Source: a virus | Taxonomy: Duplodnaviria; Caudoviricetes | Reading direction: 5' to 3' (one strand) | Virus record (IMG/VR): IMGVR_UViG_3300030397_000458 | Coordinates: 1 to 61,915 of that record | Length of the DNA stretch: 61,915 nt | Shown: in pieces, positions 1-9,079 of the stretch | How positions within the stretch are numbered: the stretch's first letter is position 1 | Layout: each line of letters opens with the position of its first letter | Notes under the pieces: generated by a model | Seen by the model: only the letters and a program-made list of their open reading frames with translations | What the model was told of the DNA's origin: nothing | Databases searched by the model: none | Made by a program: the position numbers and the translations under genes

Positions 1-17
1 GTTTCCCAGTCACGATC
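1..17 (+). other. Amplification primer/adapter (artefact)
   Basis: GTTTCCCAGTCACGATC is the M13-derived random-amplification (SISPA round A/B) primer; its reverse complement is at the other end. Confidence 0.92.
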
Positions 18-89
18 GGCGGTTGTATGTTATGTGTTATACTAAGTACATGCTTGATCAACATTCACACAAAAAAAGGTATAAGACAA

Positions 90-836
90 ATGCCAAAAAA
101 GACAGTTCCTGAATACCCCTACGACGTGTGGCTATCAAAGAAAAGGATAACACTCAAACGTGGAGTAGACTTTGACGAAATGCTCCACCCTCGCAGCGTA
201 GCACAGACTATAAGAAACTACTTGAACAGAAAACGCGCAGAAGTAAGAAAAGGAATGTCAGTCAGTATTCCAGACAATAATACGCTGCACATCAACTTCT
301 TCAACATTGAGATCCGTGGCGCAGATTCTGAATCCAAATTCGACGAAGACACTATCAACTGGTTTATCGGCATCGACCCTGGCAGGTCAGGCGGAATCGC
401 AATAGTGAATAGATCAGGAACATCACTTATTGCACATAAGATGCCAGAGACAGAGAAAGACGTGCTCAGCGTGATGGAGAATCACAGTCAAAATTCTCGC
501 GCATACATAGAGAGAGTCAGCGCCATGCCAACAGACGGGGTAGTGAGCTCTTTCAAATTCGGCTACTCTTACGGCTCACTCGTCATGGCTCTAACTGCCT
601 GCAAGATATCTTTCGCGATCATCCAGCCTACTCTCTGGCAAAAATCAGTAGGTATGAGAAAAAGAAAGAATCTTAGGTCAAAAGAGAAGGAGAGCAAGAC
701 GAGCTGGAAGAACAGACTCAAACAAAAGGCACAACAGCTCTATCCTAAAACAAAAATCACATTAGCAACAGCAGACGCTGTGCTGATTGCCGAATCGTGT
801 AGGTTGGAATATCACTCTCTTTCAGGAGAAAAGTAA
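90..836 (+). CDS. RuvC-like Holliday junction resolvase with extra N-terminal domain
   Basis: FIGIDPGRSGG, YIERVSAMP..GVVSSFKFG, P..WQK and ADAVLIA motifs of phage RuvC; ATG at 90 preferred over 27. Confidence 0.8.
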   Translation: MPKKTVPEYPYDVWLSKKRITLKRGVDFDEMLHPRSVAQTIRNYLNRKRAEVRKGMSVSIPDNNTLHINFFNIEIRGADSESKFDEDTINWFIGIDPGRSGGIAIVNRSGTSLIAHKMPETEKDVLSVMENHSQNSRAYIERVSAMPTDGVVSSFKFGYSYGSLVMALTACKISFAIIQPTLWQKSVGMRKRKNLRSKEKESKTSWKNRLKQKAQQLYPKTKITLATADAVLIAESCRLEYHSLSGEK

Positions 837-1495
837 TGTCATCGAAAAAGCAGCAACAAAAGTCAGTCAAGACAAAGACAACAAAATATTCACTGCACGT
901 CGAAAAGTGGAAAGACTGCCAAGCATGCTCATGTGCTCAAGGGCGCAACAGAGTAGTACTGGCAAGAGGCGACGTGCCTTGTAAAGTGTTATTTATAGGT
1001 GAAGCTCCAGGCGAGTCAGAGGATACGCTGGGCAGTCCTTTTGTCGGTGTTGCCGGGCACTTGTTAGAGCAGAAAATCATCAGAAACGTATTCTGTGATA
1101 AGCTCTCAGGCATGACTCGCGCATTCACAAACATTCTGGCCTGTATTCCAAGGGAGGACACAGAAGACAGAAAAAGAGGAAGCAAGTTAGCTGAGCCAGA
1201 GCATGAACAGGTAGATGCTTGCCAGCCGAGACTCGCAGAATTTATTAAGATCTGTAACCCAAAGCTCATCATCTGTCTAGGTAAGCACGCACGAGAATGG
1301 GTAGGAGGCGACTTCAAATTCAGCTTGAAAGTGAACGTCCCTTGTATCCCTGTTATCCACCCCTCAGCTATCAACAGAATGCCTCTCGCGAAAAAGAGCC
1401 TGGAATGCCAACGAGCAGTAGTTATCATCCAAGACGCTATTGATAAGTACATCACAAACAACGCGCCTTACGTCAACGAAGAGCCACCATTCTAG
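836..1495 (+). CDS. udg: Uracil-DNA glycosylase family 4
   Basis: CxxC Fe-S ligands, IGEAPG, G.PFVG.AG, TN...C.P and HPS motifs. Confidence 0.88.
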   Translation: MSSKKQQQKSVKTKTTKYSLHVEKWKDCQACSCAQGRNRVVLARGDVPCKVLFIGEAPGESEDTLGSPFVGVAGHLLEQKIIRNVFCDKLSGMTRAFTNILACIPREDTEDRKRGSKLAEPEHEQVDACQPRLAEFIKICNPKLIICLGKHAREWVGGDFKFSLKVNVPCIPVIHPSAINRMPLAKKSLECQRAVVIIQDAIDKYITNNAPYVNEEPPF

Positions 1496-1545
1496 CTCTC
1501 TCTCTCTCACAAAGATATAAGAAAAAAGGGAAGACAAAAAGTAAC

Positions 1546-2685
1546 ATGAGCAAATTTACAGACAAACTGAAAGAGCTTGGCATCGACGACCACTATGTAA
1601 CCAATCCTAAAAAAAGAGAAATGCTCTGGCGAGGACCACAGGTGGATGGAATTACTTACAGCTTACTATCACGGTTTATGGTCTGTCCTGAGAGGTTCTT
1701 CTGGCTCGTCTACCAAGGACTGAAGCCGACACCGAAATTCAACCACAGGATGGAGTACGGCAACTTATGGCACACTTGCGAAGAGCACGCACATAAAGGA
1801 GAGAAGGCATGGAAGTCAGAGCTCAAAAAGTATTCTGATTCTCTATTGAGCACCTACCCTCTGGATCGCGAGCAAATTAGAAAATGGACTACTCTCTGCG
1901 CCTTACAGTTCCCACACTATCTGAAATATTGGGATCAACAATCAGAATTTGAATCCAAAAATAAGAAAGAAGAGAGGGAGGTAGTCATAGGAACAGAGCT
2001 TGAATTCAACGTCAGATATCCTACTACCTTCCTTCCAGGAGAGAGTGTGCGACTTCGCGGGAAGTTGGATAAGGTATTCACTCATCAAGGCATGTGCTGG
2101 CATCAAGAGAACAAAACGAAGTCGAGCATAGACGAATTTGAGCTACAGACGCGCCTTACTTGTGACATGCAAAGTATGATCTACTTAATCGCTCTTTACC
2201 TCTCAGATATCATTAAGGAGGATCAGGAAACAGCCGGAGTAAGGTATAATGTCGTGCGCCGTCCACTATCGGGAGGGAAAGGCACAATCAGGCAGAAACA
2301 GCCAACAAAGAGCAATCCCTCAGGCGAGTCACTGGAAGACTACTACGACAGGGTAGAGAGTTACTTCGACAACTACCCTGAAGAATTCTTTATGCGTTGG
2401 GATGTGATCGTAACAAAACAAGAGGGACTGGCGTTCGCTCAAAAAGTCTTGACACCTGTTCTCACTCGCCTGACTAACTGGTATCGATGGGTAAAGCACT
2501 GCGTTACAATAGGCGACGTTGAGCTACGTTGGCTGGCACCAGGAGGGATACACTACCAGCATCCATACGGTATCTATAATCCATTACTGGAAGGAGGAGC
2601 GAGCGACTTAGACAATCTCATCAACACAGGAAGTGAAGTAGGATTGTCACGCACAGATACACTGTTTCCAGAGTTATCACAGTAA
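1546..2685 (+). CDS. PD-(D/E)XK exonuclease (RecB/Cas4-like)
   Basis: YS.LSRF..CP, GNLWH, RGKLD...ENKT and Q...Y motifs. Confidence 0.75.
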   Translation: MSKFTDKLKELGIDDHYVTNPKKREMLWRGPQVDGITYSLLSRFMVCPERFFWLVYQGLKPTPKFNHRMEYGNLWHTCEEHAHKGEKAWKSELKKYSDSLLSTYPLDREQIRKWTTLCALQFPHYLKYWDQQSEFESKNKKEEREVVIGTELEFNVRYPTTFLPGESVRLRGKLDKVFTHQGMCWHQENKTKSSIDEFELQTRLTCDMQSMIYLIALYLSDIIKEDQETAGVRYNVVRRPLSGGKGTIRQKQPTKSNPSGESLEDYYDRVESYFDNYPEEFFMRWDVIVTKQEGLAFAQKVLTPVLTRLTNWYRWVKHCVTIGDVELRWLAPGGIHYQHPYGIYNPLLEGGASDLDNLINTGSEVGLSRTDTLFPELSQ

Positions 2686-2702
2686 AAAGAAAGCGAGCAA
2701 CG

Positions 2703-3539
2703 ATGCCAAGAGTCAACAAACTACGAAAAAACACAGCCAAGTCAAAGAGAGAAGTATCAGAAAGTAGTATCTTCTCGCAAGTTACTTCTGTAGGCGACGT
2801 ACCAGACAGAGGAATCAAGCTGAATCTATATGGGAGGAACGGAACTGGAAAGACAACTCTCGCTTGCACTTTCCCTAAGCCTCTACTATTAGTAGGATTT
2901 GAGGATGGTACACGATCAGTCAGACGTGTAGAAGGTGTTGACTTTATATATCTCAAGTCAACAGAGCATATTCGAGAGCTCACAGAGGGAGCAGTCGAGC
3001 AGGGATATAAGACTCTCGTTCTCGACACAGCAACGAGTCTTCAGGATTTGATTCTATGCGAAATCATGAAATGGGACGACCAACCTGTACAAATGAGCTT
3101 CGGGACAGTATCACGTAATCAGTATAGGCAACGCGCAGAGAAGACGAAAGAGATCCTCCGATTGTTCCTTGAATTGCCTATAAATGTTATTGTGCTGGCA
3201 CAAGAGAAGAACCACACTAACCTGGATGAAGAGAGTAGTGATAGTGACGTAATTGCACCATTCATCGCGTCTGCGTTAGGCGCTTCAACAACGGGATGGC
3301 TTCAGGACTGTTGTGACTTTATCTGCCAGACGTTCACACGAGAGCGAAGCGAAGTAAAAAAGACAAAGGTAGGAGACAAGGAGATATCAACATCAGTCAA
3401 GACAGGGCAAATCGAATTCTGCTTGAGAACGCAGCGAGGCAACCCGACCTACGCAGCGAAGATCAGAGCAGACAGAAACGAAAATATACCTGATTTTATC
3501 GTTGATCCGACTTACGAAAAGCTGGCGAAATACCTCTGA
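2703..3539 (+). CDS. Sak4-like AAA ATPase (recombination)
   Basis: Walker A YGRNGTGKTT and LVLDT Walker B; lies between exonuclease and SSB-like gene. Confidence 0.8.
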   Translation: MPRVNKLRKNTAKSKREVSESSIFSQVTSVGDVPDRGIKLNLYGRNGTGKTTLACTFPKPLLLVGFEDGTRSVRRVEGVDFIYLKSTEHIRELTEGAVEQGYKTLVLDTATSLQDLILCEIMKWDDQPVQMSFGTVSRNQYRQRAEKTKEILRLFLELPINVIVLAQEKNHTNLDEESSDSDVIAPFIASALGASTTGWLQDCCDFICQTFTRERSEVKKTKVGDKEISTSVKTGQIEFCLRTQRGNPTYAAKIRADRNENIPDFIVDPTYEKLAKYL

Positions 3540-3646
3540 TTCGCTTCTGATCAACTAAGCTTCTATCAACCAAAAAGTATGTTATACTAACCTACTTATA
3601 CAACACAAAAGTATCAGTTTTTCTTTTTCTCAAATGGAGTGACACA

Positions 3647-4771
3647 ATGGCACGACAATCAAAGCAATCAGCGTTTCTGGCAAAGCTCGGAGCCAAAGGT
3701 ATCAAGGCACACGAGGAGCATAAGTCATCAGAGGTCGAATTCGATACATTCGGCGACCTTCCACCAGGGATCAATGGAGGTGTGGCGCAGCTCAAAGAAT
3801 GCAAGCTCGACACGTACAGCAAAGGAGATATGGCAGGGGAGTACTACTTTCTCGCACGAGGAGTAGTAGTCTCACCTGTCGAGCACGAAGGTCTCCACGT
3901 ACAGGGACTATCAACAATGATCATGGAGCCCATCTGCGAGACACCAGGCAGATCAAGAGAGTCAGTGAGCGATCATCTGAAACAAGTGTACAACGAGCTG
4001 AAAAAGCTGGGCCTTGAGATTCCTGACGACATCGAAAATCTGGAGCCCGCACTGGAAGCACTGAAAGAGGTACAACCTTACTTCACATTCCGCACCTGGC
4101 AGGGTGCAGCAACAGAGGAATTCCCGAATCCAAGAGTCAACCATTCATGGTCTGGGGCTATCAACTACAACGGAGAGACAGAGAGCAGTCAAGGAGTCAA
4201 TGATACTCTTGGCGATATTGAAGATGATGACGAACAGGAGGAGGAGGAGGAGGAAGAGGAAGAGGAAAAGGAGGAGCAAGTAAGATCTGAATCCAAAAAG
4301 CCGACTAAGAAGCGAGCAACCAGAAAAAAGAAGGAACCAGAGCCAGAATTTGATGAATTCAATGACTTGTACAGTATCGCTGAGAAAGCAGAAGATCAAG
4401 ACGAAGAGGCGCAAGAAAAGCTGGAGAATCTGGCAAAAGAGGCAGGAATCCCACAGACAGAAATCGACGATGCCGACACATGGAAAGACCTGGTTGATAT
4501 GATCCAGCTCTCAATGCAGACAGAAAGTGAAAGCACAGAAGACGACAATGACGATTCGGAAAACGAAGAAGAAGAATTCGAGCCACAGGTCGAAGACGTG
4601 TACAACTTCCGACCACCAAACAGCAAGGGCGTTTTCTCAAAGAGGACCAAACCTATTGAGGTCGAAGTCATCAAAGTGAACAAACGAAAGAGGACGTGCG
4701 ACGTGCGAGACTTGTCAGATTTGAGCAATGTATTCAAAGGACTACCGTGGAGCCGACTCGAAACAGCATAG
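3647..4771 (+). CDS. Putative ssDNA-binding protein with long acidic region
   Basis: Position after Sak4, LPPG N-terminal motif, Glu-rich tract. Confidence 0.5.
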   Translation: MARQSKQSAFLAKLGAKGIKAHEEHKSSEVEFDTFGDLPPGINGGVAQLKECKLDTYSKGDMAGEYYFLARGVVVSPVEHEGLHVQGLSTMIMEPICETPGRSRESVSDHLKQVYNELKKLGLEIPDDIENLEPALEALKEVQPYFTFRTWQGAATEEFPNPRVNHSWSGAINYNGETESSQGVNDTLGDIEDDDEQEEEEEEEEEEKEEQVRSESKKPTKKRATRKKKEPEPEFDEFNDLYSIAEKAEDQDEEAQEKLENLAKEAGIPQTEIDDADTWKDLVDMIQLSMQTESESTEDDNDDSENEEEEFEPQVEDVYNFRPPNSKGVFSKRTKPIEVEVIKVNKRKRTCDVRDLSDLSNVFKGLPWSRLETA

Positions 4772-4856
4772 GCAATTTGGTGTTACAAAAGAGAGCCGAC
4801 GATACTAATGTGGAGCCGTCTCTCTTCACTTCTCTATAATTATCTTTCAGGAAAAA

Positions 4857-5173
4857 TGATGCCAAAACTCCCAAATTATAGCCAGCTTGTTGTTTATTTG
4901 ACTAAAATCTGCAAATCAGAAGGAGAGACACCCTATCCATGTTGTCAAGCTTGGAGAGTCGAAAGTGTAAACGAAGCGTATTCTATTATTGGTTGTCTCA
5001 AAGACGCATACCCGCAGTGTCAGTGGAGGAAAATGGGACCGACTGATTGGATAGGAGATTTGAGAAAAGGTTTAAAGACAGTGATCTCTTACAGATCATG
5101 TCTATCAAACCCCACAGGATTAAGCGATAGTATCTTACATTTTGTAAAAATTGATAGGAGAAAATATCCATGA
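4857..5173 (+). CDS. Hypothetical protein
   Basis: ORF with AGGA upstream, overlaps polA start (ATGA). Confidence 0.55.
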
Positions 5174-7278
5174 AAACTATCGCAATCGATACAGAGACAA
5201 CAGGTCTCGACTTGAGACACTCTTGCAAGCCTTACTTTGTTTCTATCTGTGAAGAAGGAGGAGAACAGAAATACTGGCACTGGCAAGTAAACCCTCTGAC
5301 ACGCCAGCCTATTATCCCAAAGTCAGACCTGATCGAGATACAAGACGAGATCAACATCCGACACCGTTACAGCAGGAAGGTATTCCACAACAGCAAATTC
5401 GATGTGCTTGCTCTCCAGTCAATCGGATTCGGTAAATGGGACTGGTCGCGAACAGATGACACTCTGATTGCAGGTCACTTGCTCGCAAGTAACAGACCTC
5501 ACAATCTAACCTCTATGGTTCTTGAATATCTGCAAACCAATATCCAGCCTTACGATGACGCACTACAAAAATCGTGCAACGCTGCGAGACGTACAGCCCG
5601 GAAGCACTTTCCTGAATGGAAGATAACCACAAAACTCATGGAAGGCTTACCATCAGCTTCTCAGAAGCTGTGGAAGTGTGACACCTGGCTACCTGGTCAA
5701 ATCGCTGACGCACTTGAATATGAAGATGACCACGAATGGCGTACCGTGCTAGAAGAATATGCGAACGTAGATAGTGCAGTGACTCTGGTGCTCTGGCAGA
5801 ACTTATATAAGCTCATGCAAGACAGAGGACTGCTCAAGATCTACGAATCGCGAAAGAAAGATATGCAAATCGCACTTGAAATCGAAGACAGAGGCGTGAC
5901 AATCTCACAAGAGAGGACAGAGGAGAAGCTATTGGAATATAAAGAAGAAGTAGAACGGATAGAGAAGGTGTGCAAAGGGATTGCGCAGACGTTTGGATAT
6001 GACTTGACTCTACCAAAAAGCGGTACAAATCACTCTCTTGTGAAATTCATTTATGGAGAAAAAAAAGACAGTAGCACATGGCTCGATCCTGAGTTTGAGC
6101 ATAAAAACCTGGGGATCAAGCCAGTGCTGTGGACGAAAACAGGCAACCCGTCACTAGCAAAAGATGCTATTGATATATACAAGCTGACACTGAACGCACG
6201 AACAAAGCAGTACTTGTTCATCAAAAAAATCTCAGAGAGGAGCAAGCGAGCAACAGCTCTTTCTTACATGGAATCTTATCAACGTTTTTGGATTCAAAAT
6301 AAAGGAGAAAGGTGGTCGCGACTCTACCCGAATCTAAACCCTACAGGTACAGTCACTCTGAGGATGAGCTCCAGTAATCCCAACGAGCAGAACATATCAA
6401 AGAAAGAAGACTTCAACCTCCGTTACATCTTTGGTCCAGCACCAGGAAGAGAATGGTATTCGATTGATGCAAAGAATATAGAGCTGCGCATACCAGCATA
6501 CGAGTCAGAGGAAGAGAGCTTGATCCAATTATTTGAGAGACCTGACGACCCACCATATTACGGGAGCAATCACCTGCTTTGCTGCCATATCTTGCATCCA
6601 GAAAAATTCGATCAATGCCTATCTGATGGCGAATCATTCAAGGACAAGTATAAGTCAACATGGTATCAATGGACAAAAAACGGCAACTTCGCCGTGCAGT
6701 ACGGAGCAATTGAGTCATCAGGAACAGCAGATAGGGCTTATCACTTAGAGGGCGCACAGAGGATAATCCAGAGCAAATTCACAAAGTTAGCCAAGCTGAA
6801 TCAGGCACAAATCGCCTTTGCTGAGAGAAACGGATACGTTGAAACTATGCCCGATAAGACAGTCGATCCGAGAAGAGGCTACCCTCTGCAATGCACGCGC
6901 ACAGAGCACGGAAGGATCAAACCTACAGTACCTCTCAACTACCATGTACAAGGTACAGCTATGTGGTGGATGCACAAAGCTATGATCAGGTGTCACGAAT
7001 TTCTGAGCCAGAGGTACAACGCGAATCATCAGCCAGAGAACCACGCCTATATGATCATGCAGGTACATGATGAAATCGTATTTGATCTTCCATCTGGCGT
7101 GCGTAAAGATCACAAACCAGACGACTGGGAGCACAACACAAACAGAGCAGTCATCAAGCAACTGAAAGTATTAATGGAGAGAGGAGGAGATGATATTGGA
7201 ATCCCTACTCCGTGTGACGTGGAATGGCATCCACGCAGCTGGAGTGAGGGAATCAACGTATCAGCTTACTGTGATTAA
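5170..7278 (+). CDS. polA: DNA polymerase family A with 3'-5' exonuclease
   Basis: IDTETTG, HNSKFD, TGT.T.RMSSSNPN.QNI, motif A DAKNIELR, motif B KNGNFAVQYG, motif C QVHDE. Confidence 0.95.
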   Translation: MKTIAIDTETTGLDLRHSCKPYFVSICEEGGEQKYWHWQVNPLTRQPIIPKSDLIEIQDEINIRHRYSRKVFHNSKFDVLALQSIGFGKWDWSRTDDTLIAGHLLASNRPHNLTSMVLEYLQTNIQPYDDALQKSCNAARRTARKHFPEWKITTKLMEGLPSASQKLWKCDTWLPGQIADALEYEDDHEWRTVLEEYANVDSAVTLVLWQNLYKLMQDRGLLKIYESRKKDMQIALEIEDRGVTISQERTEEKLLEYKEEVERIEKVCKGIAQTFGYDLTLPKSGTNHSLVKFIYGEKKDSSTWLDPEFEHKNLGIKPVLWTKTGNPSLAKDAIDIYKLTLNARTKQYLFIKKISERSKRATALSYMESYQRFWIQNKGERWSRLYPNLNPTGTVTLRMSSSNPNEQNISKKEDFNLRYIFGPAPGREWYSIDAKNIELRIPAYESEEESLIQLFERPDDPPYYGSNHLLCCHILHPEKFDQCLSDGESFKDKYKSTWYQWTKNGNFAVQYGAIESSGTADRAYHLEGAQRIIQSKFTKLAKLNQAQIAFAERNGYVETMPDKTVDPRRGYPLQCTRTEHGRIKPTVPLNYHVQGTAMWWMHKAMIRCHEFLSQRYNANHQPENHAYMIMQVHDEIVFDLPSGVRKDHKPDDWEHNTNRAVIKQLKVLMERGGDDIGIPTPCDVEWHPRSWSEGINVSAYCD

Positions 7279-7610
7279 TCTCTTGCAGCGTTTAAGAGCA
7301 GACGACCACGGGGAGTTATTGCAAAGACATACCTGCGTCCGTCTTCCTCATGGTCGAAGTACATCTCAGTAACCAGTCCTTTTGTAGAAAGAGAGTTTTT
7401 ATGGATTTTTCCTTTCCGAGACTCAGATCTGAGGTTCTCACTCAGATTCTGCCAGTACCCCGTCCGCTCGTAAATCTCTTCGTAGCAGAGCTCACGACCT
7501 GCCTTTTTGAGAGCAAAGAGTATGCGGTATTGAGTGACTGATAAACCTATCTTGTGCGCCTTCGCTCTCTCCCACTTTTGGGCTTTTGGTGGTGTCTTTT
7601 TGTTAATCAT
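7275..7610 (-). CDS. Putative winged-helix DNA-binding protein
   Basis: LSVTQYRIL..L, ELCYEEI, GLV and ITPRGR wing pattern; only counter-strand gene in the left arm. Confidence 0.6.
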   Translation of the reverse strand: MINKKTPPKAQKWERAKAHKIGLSVTQYRILFALKKAGRELCYEEIYERTGYWQNLSENLRSESRKGKIHKNSLSTKGLVTEMYFDHEEDGRRYVFAITPRGRLLLNAARD

Positions 7611-7702
7611 AATAACCTCCGTTCATCAATGAAATCTGAATCCAAATTCATTGTACCACAAACGTTTTTGGATTCAAACTCGGTAGCAAAAAGGAAAAAG
7701 AA

Positions 7703-8119
7703 ATGACAGAAAACAAGCAAGAACGAGTCTACATCGCGGGACCAATGCGAGGCCATGACGATTGGAATTTTCCTGCATTCGACGAAGCGCAAAAGAGACT
7801 GGAGCAAACAGGTTATACAGTCATCTCACCCGCAAACCTCTGTAGACAGTACAATGACACACCAGACCTATGGGATACCTACACAGAGGAAGAGAAGAAG
7901 AAGAAATTAAGAAGTATTGCAAAGATAGACTTAGATGCTCTCGCGACCTGCGATACAATAGCCCTGCTCCCTGGTTGGCAAAAGTCAACAGGCACGACAA
8001 TGGAGCTGGCATACGCGCTGTTTGTACATCTGAGAATAATATCAGCAGATACTTTGGAAGATCTACCTCTTCCAAAGCAACCGTGGCACTGGCTGGCTGC
8101 TCTTGAGAATATAATCTAG
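7703..8119 (+). CDS. DUF4406 / nucleoside deoxyribosyltransferase-like protein
   Basis: VYIAGPMRG...NFPAF and CD.IALLPGWQKS.G...E motifs. Confidence 0.8.
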   Translation: MTENKQERVYIAGPMRGHDDWNFPAFDEAQKRLEQTGYTVISPANLCRQYNDTPDLWDTYTEEEKKKKLRSIAKIDLDALATCDTIALLPGWQKSTGTTMELAYALFVHLRIISADTLEDLPLPKQPWHWLAALENII

Positions 8120-8142
8120 TCAAACATCAAAAAGGATATCAA

Positions 8143-8406
8143 ATGAATGAGCAAGCAAACGATAGACAGGTCGGAGGTACACACTACAAAGATTTAATTA
8201 TCGATCCCTGGGATTACATCCACAAAAATGGAATAGGATTCCTCGCAGGATCAGCCATCAAGTACCTATCGAGGTACAAAGAAAAAGACGGCATCAAAGA
8301 CCTACAGAAAGCCATACATTTCATAGAAAAGTTGATTGAAGAAGAGTATGGCGTAGTGATAGACGAGACGAAACAGAGAATCGATGTGATTGGGGAGGAA
8401 GTTTAA
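8143..8406 (+). CDS. DUF3310 (SaV-like) protein
   Basis: QVGGTHY, F..G.AIKY..RY..K.G..DL.KA motifs. Confidence 0.85.
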   Translation: MNEQANDRQVGGTHYKDLIIDPWDYIHKNGIGFLAGSAIKYLSRYKEKDGIKDLQKAIHFIEKLIEEEYGVVIDETKQRIDVIGEEV

Positions 8407-8675
8407 TGACTCTTACAGTAGGCAGTTTATTCACAGGGATAGGAGGGATTGACTTAGGACTGGAACGCGCAGGAATGTCACCTTCCAATCAATCCGATTA
8501 TTGGAAACAAGATGAATCCATGCTTCGTCGAATGGATGATGGGCCTACCGATCAATTGGACGCGCCCAGAATACACACAGAGAGGTGTAAGTCTCTGGGG
8601 AATGCGGTAGTTCCTCAGATATCAGAATGGATAGGAAAGTTGGTAATTTCACATCACGAAAGAAGGATTACATGA
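8406..8675 (+). pseudogene. Internally deleted C5-cytosine DNA methyltransferase remnant
   Basis: Motif I (SLFTGIGGIDLGLERAG) joined to motif X region (LGNAVVPQ) in 89 aa; catalytic PCQ and ENV motifs absent. Confidence 0.8.
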
Positions 8676-9052
8676 CACCAAAAGAGTATCAAGAGCAAGC
8701 AGAGAGAACAGAAGCACATCCTCTACCTGCTTTCAAGAGGCAAGGACTCAAAAACTGTAGAATAGATCATGGAATCGTAGGACTGATAAGCGAAGTAGGT
8801 GAGCTCGCCACACTTTACAAGAAGCTCATCTTCTATGGAAAGGGTGAAGTTTCGCTAAAAGAAGACATGGCTGACGAGCTGGGAGATTGTCTGTGGTATA
8901 TTGCTCTAATCGCGAATGCTCTTAATCTCGACTTAGATCAGGTTATGAAAGCCAACATCGCCAAGCTGAAAGTAAGATTTCCAGACAAGTTCGACTCTGA
9001 TCTGACTGGCGATGCGCGAGACAAAAACAAAGAACGAGAAGCACAGCAATAA
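8672..9052 (+). CDS. mazG: MazG-like nucleotide pyrophosphohydrolase
   Basis: GLISEVGE, DELGDCLWY and NIAKLKVRFP motifs. Confidence 0.85.
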   Translation: MTPKEYQEQAERTEAHPLPAFKRQGLKNCRIDHGIVGLISEVGELATLYKKLIFYGKGEVSLKEDMADELGDCLWYIALIANALNLDLDQVMKANIAKLKVRFPDKFDSDLTGDARDKNKEREAQQ

Positions 9053-9079
9053 CTCACCAGCACAAAAGAAGAAAAAGAT

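Noticed and set aside
1546-2685. Cas4 as part of a CRISPR system
   Set aside because: Sits in an exonuclease-Sak4-SSB recombination module typical of phages
4220-4280. GAG/GAA-rich tract
   Set aside because: Encodes a poly-Glu linker; simple low-complexity sequence
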